This document shows positions 63,430 to 64,000 of a stretch of DNA of 64,000 nt, in pieces. Numbering within the stretch: the first letter of the stretch is position 1; each line of letters opens with the position of its first letter. The notes below the pieces were generated by a model. That model had not been told where the DNA came from, ran no database searches, and saw only the letters and a list, made by a program, of their open reading frames with translations. Where the stretch lies: positions 1,151,693-1,215,692 of the forward strand of contig NW_002060953.1 in assembly GCF_000150275.1 (NCBI RefSeq), given 5' to 3'. This DNA comes from Trichoplax adhaerens (lineage: Eukaryota; Animalia; Placozoa). The position numbers were made by a program, and so were the translations under genes.

Positions 63430-64000
63430 ATGTCATCATCGTTCGTACAATCTTACAGTAAGATAAAGCTACAGCGTACTGTACACACTGTACTGTACAG
63501 TACTGTACTGTACAGTATCGCAAGTACTACAGTACAGTACAGTAAGTCAGCATCTGACGTTGTGTATCGCTTGATTTACAGTACTGTACAGTGTATACGG
63601 TAGTACAGTATGGTGTGAACTAGTTGTCATCATCATTCTTACAATCGTACAGTAAGATAAAGCTGCAGCTTACAGCACTAAGTCAGCATCTGACATATCG
63701 GTGGAATACAGTACTGTACTGTATACTGTAGTATGATCTGAATCCATTATGATCGTTCGTACAATGATACTGTAAGGTAAAGCAGCAGCTTACAGCACCA
63801 AGTCAGCATCTGACATATCGGTGGAATAGTATAGTATGATCTGAATCAGCTATGATCGTTCGTACAATGTTACTGTAAAGTAAGGCTGCAGCTGCAGCTT
63901 ACAGCTCTAAGTCAGCATCTGACATATCGGTGGAATAGTATAGTATGATCTGAATCAGCTATGATCGTTCGTACAATGTTACTGTAAAGTAAGGCTGCAG
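63430..64000. repeat. Minisatellite, ~110-135-bp unit, continues past the window end
   Basis: Recurring aagtcagcatctgacatatcggtggaata...tatgatctgaatc...gatcgttcgtacaat..tactgtaa...gcagcttacagc near 63545, 63680, 63800 and 63910. Confidence 0.92.

Overview
AT-rich, intron-containing eukaryotic (animal) genomic DNA. Compact GT-AG introns, single-coding-exon rhodopsin-class GPCRs and base composition resemble a placozoan (Trichoplax-like) genome; this is an inference, not verified. Layout: (1) 1-10 kb gene-poor, with a ~640-bp inverted repeat pair (~81-720 / ~5232-5878) and a 50-N gap. (2) Two divergently transcribed class A GPCRs (10505-11560 minus; 31143-32348 plus) about 19.6 kb apart. (3) A nested minisatellite complex (37.2-40.1 kb) around the probable promoter and 5'UTR intron of GTF2F2 (TFIIF beta, 7 coding exons including 19- and 30-nt microexons). 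(4) Two tandem RNF13/RNF167-like PA-TM-RING-H2 E3 ligase paralogs with nearly identical exon structure. (5) A candidate 4-exon minus-strand transcript (54-aa smORF or structured ncRNA host) at 55.7-56.3 kb that the ORF track misses. (6) A second minisatellite, then fibrillarin (8 exons, one unusually long hairpin-rich intron), then a third minisatellite running off the window end. I found no clear-cut novel system. Best leads: the hidden spliced transcript, the structured fibrillarin intron, a branch-point-containing tandem repeat at a GTF2F2 acceptor, and the repeated association of minisatellites and TACAGTA-rich tracts with housekeeping promoters. All exon coordinates were derived by hand.
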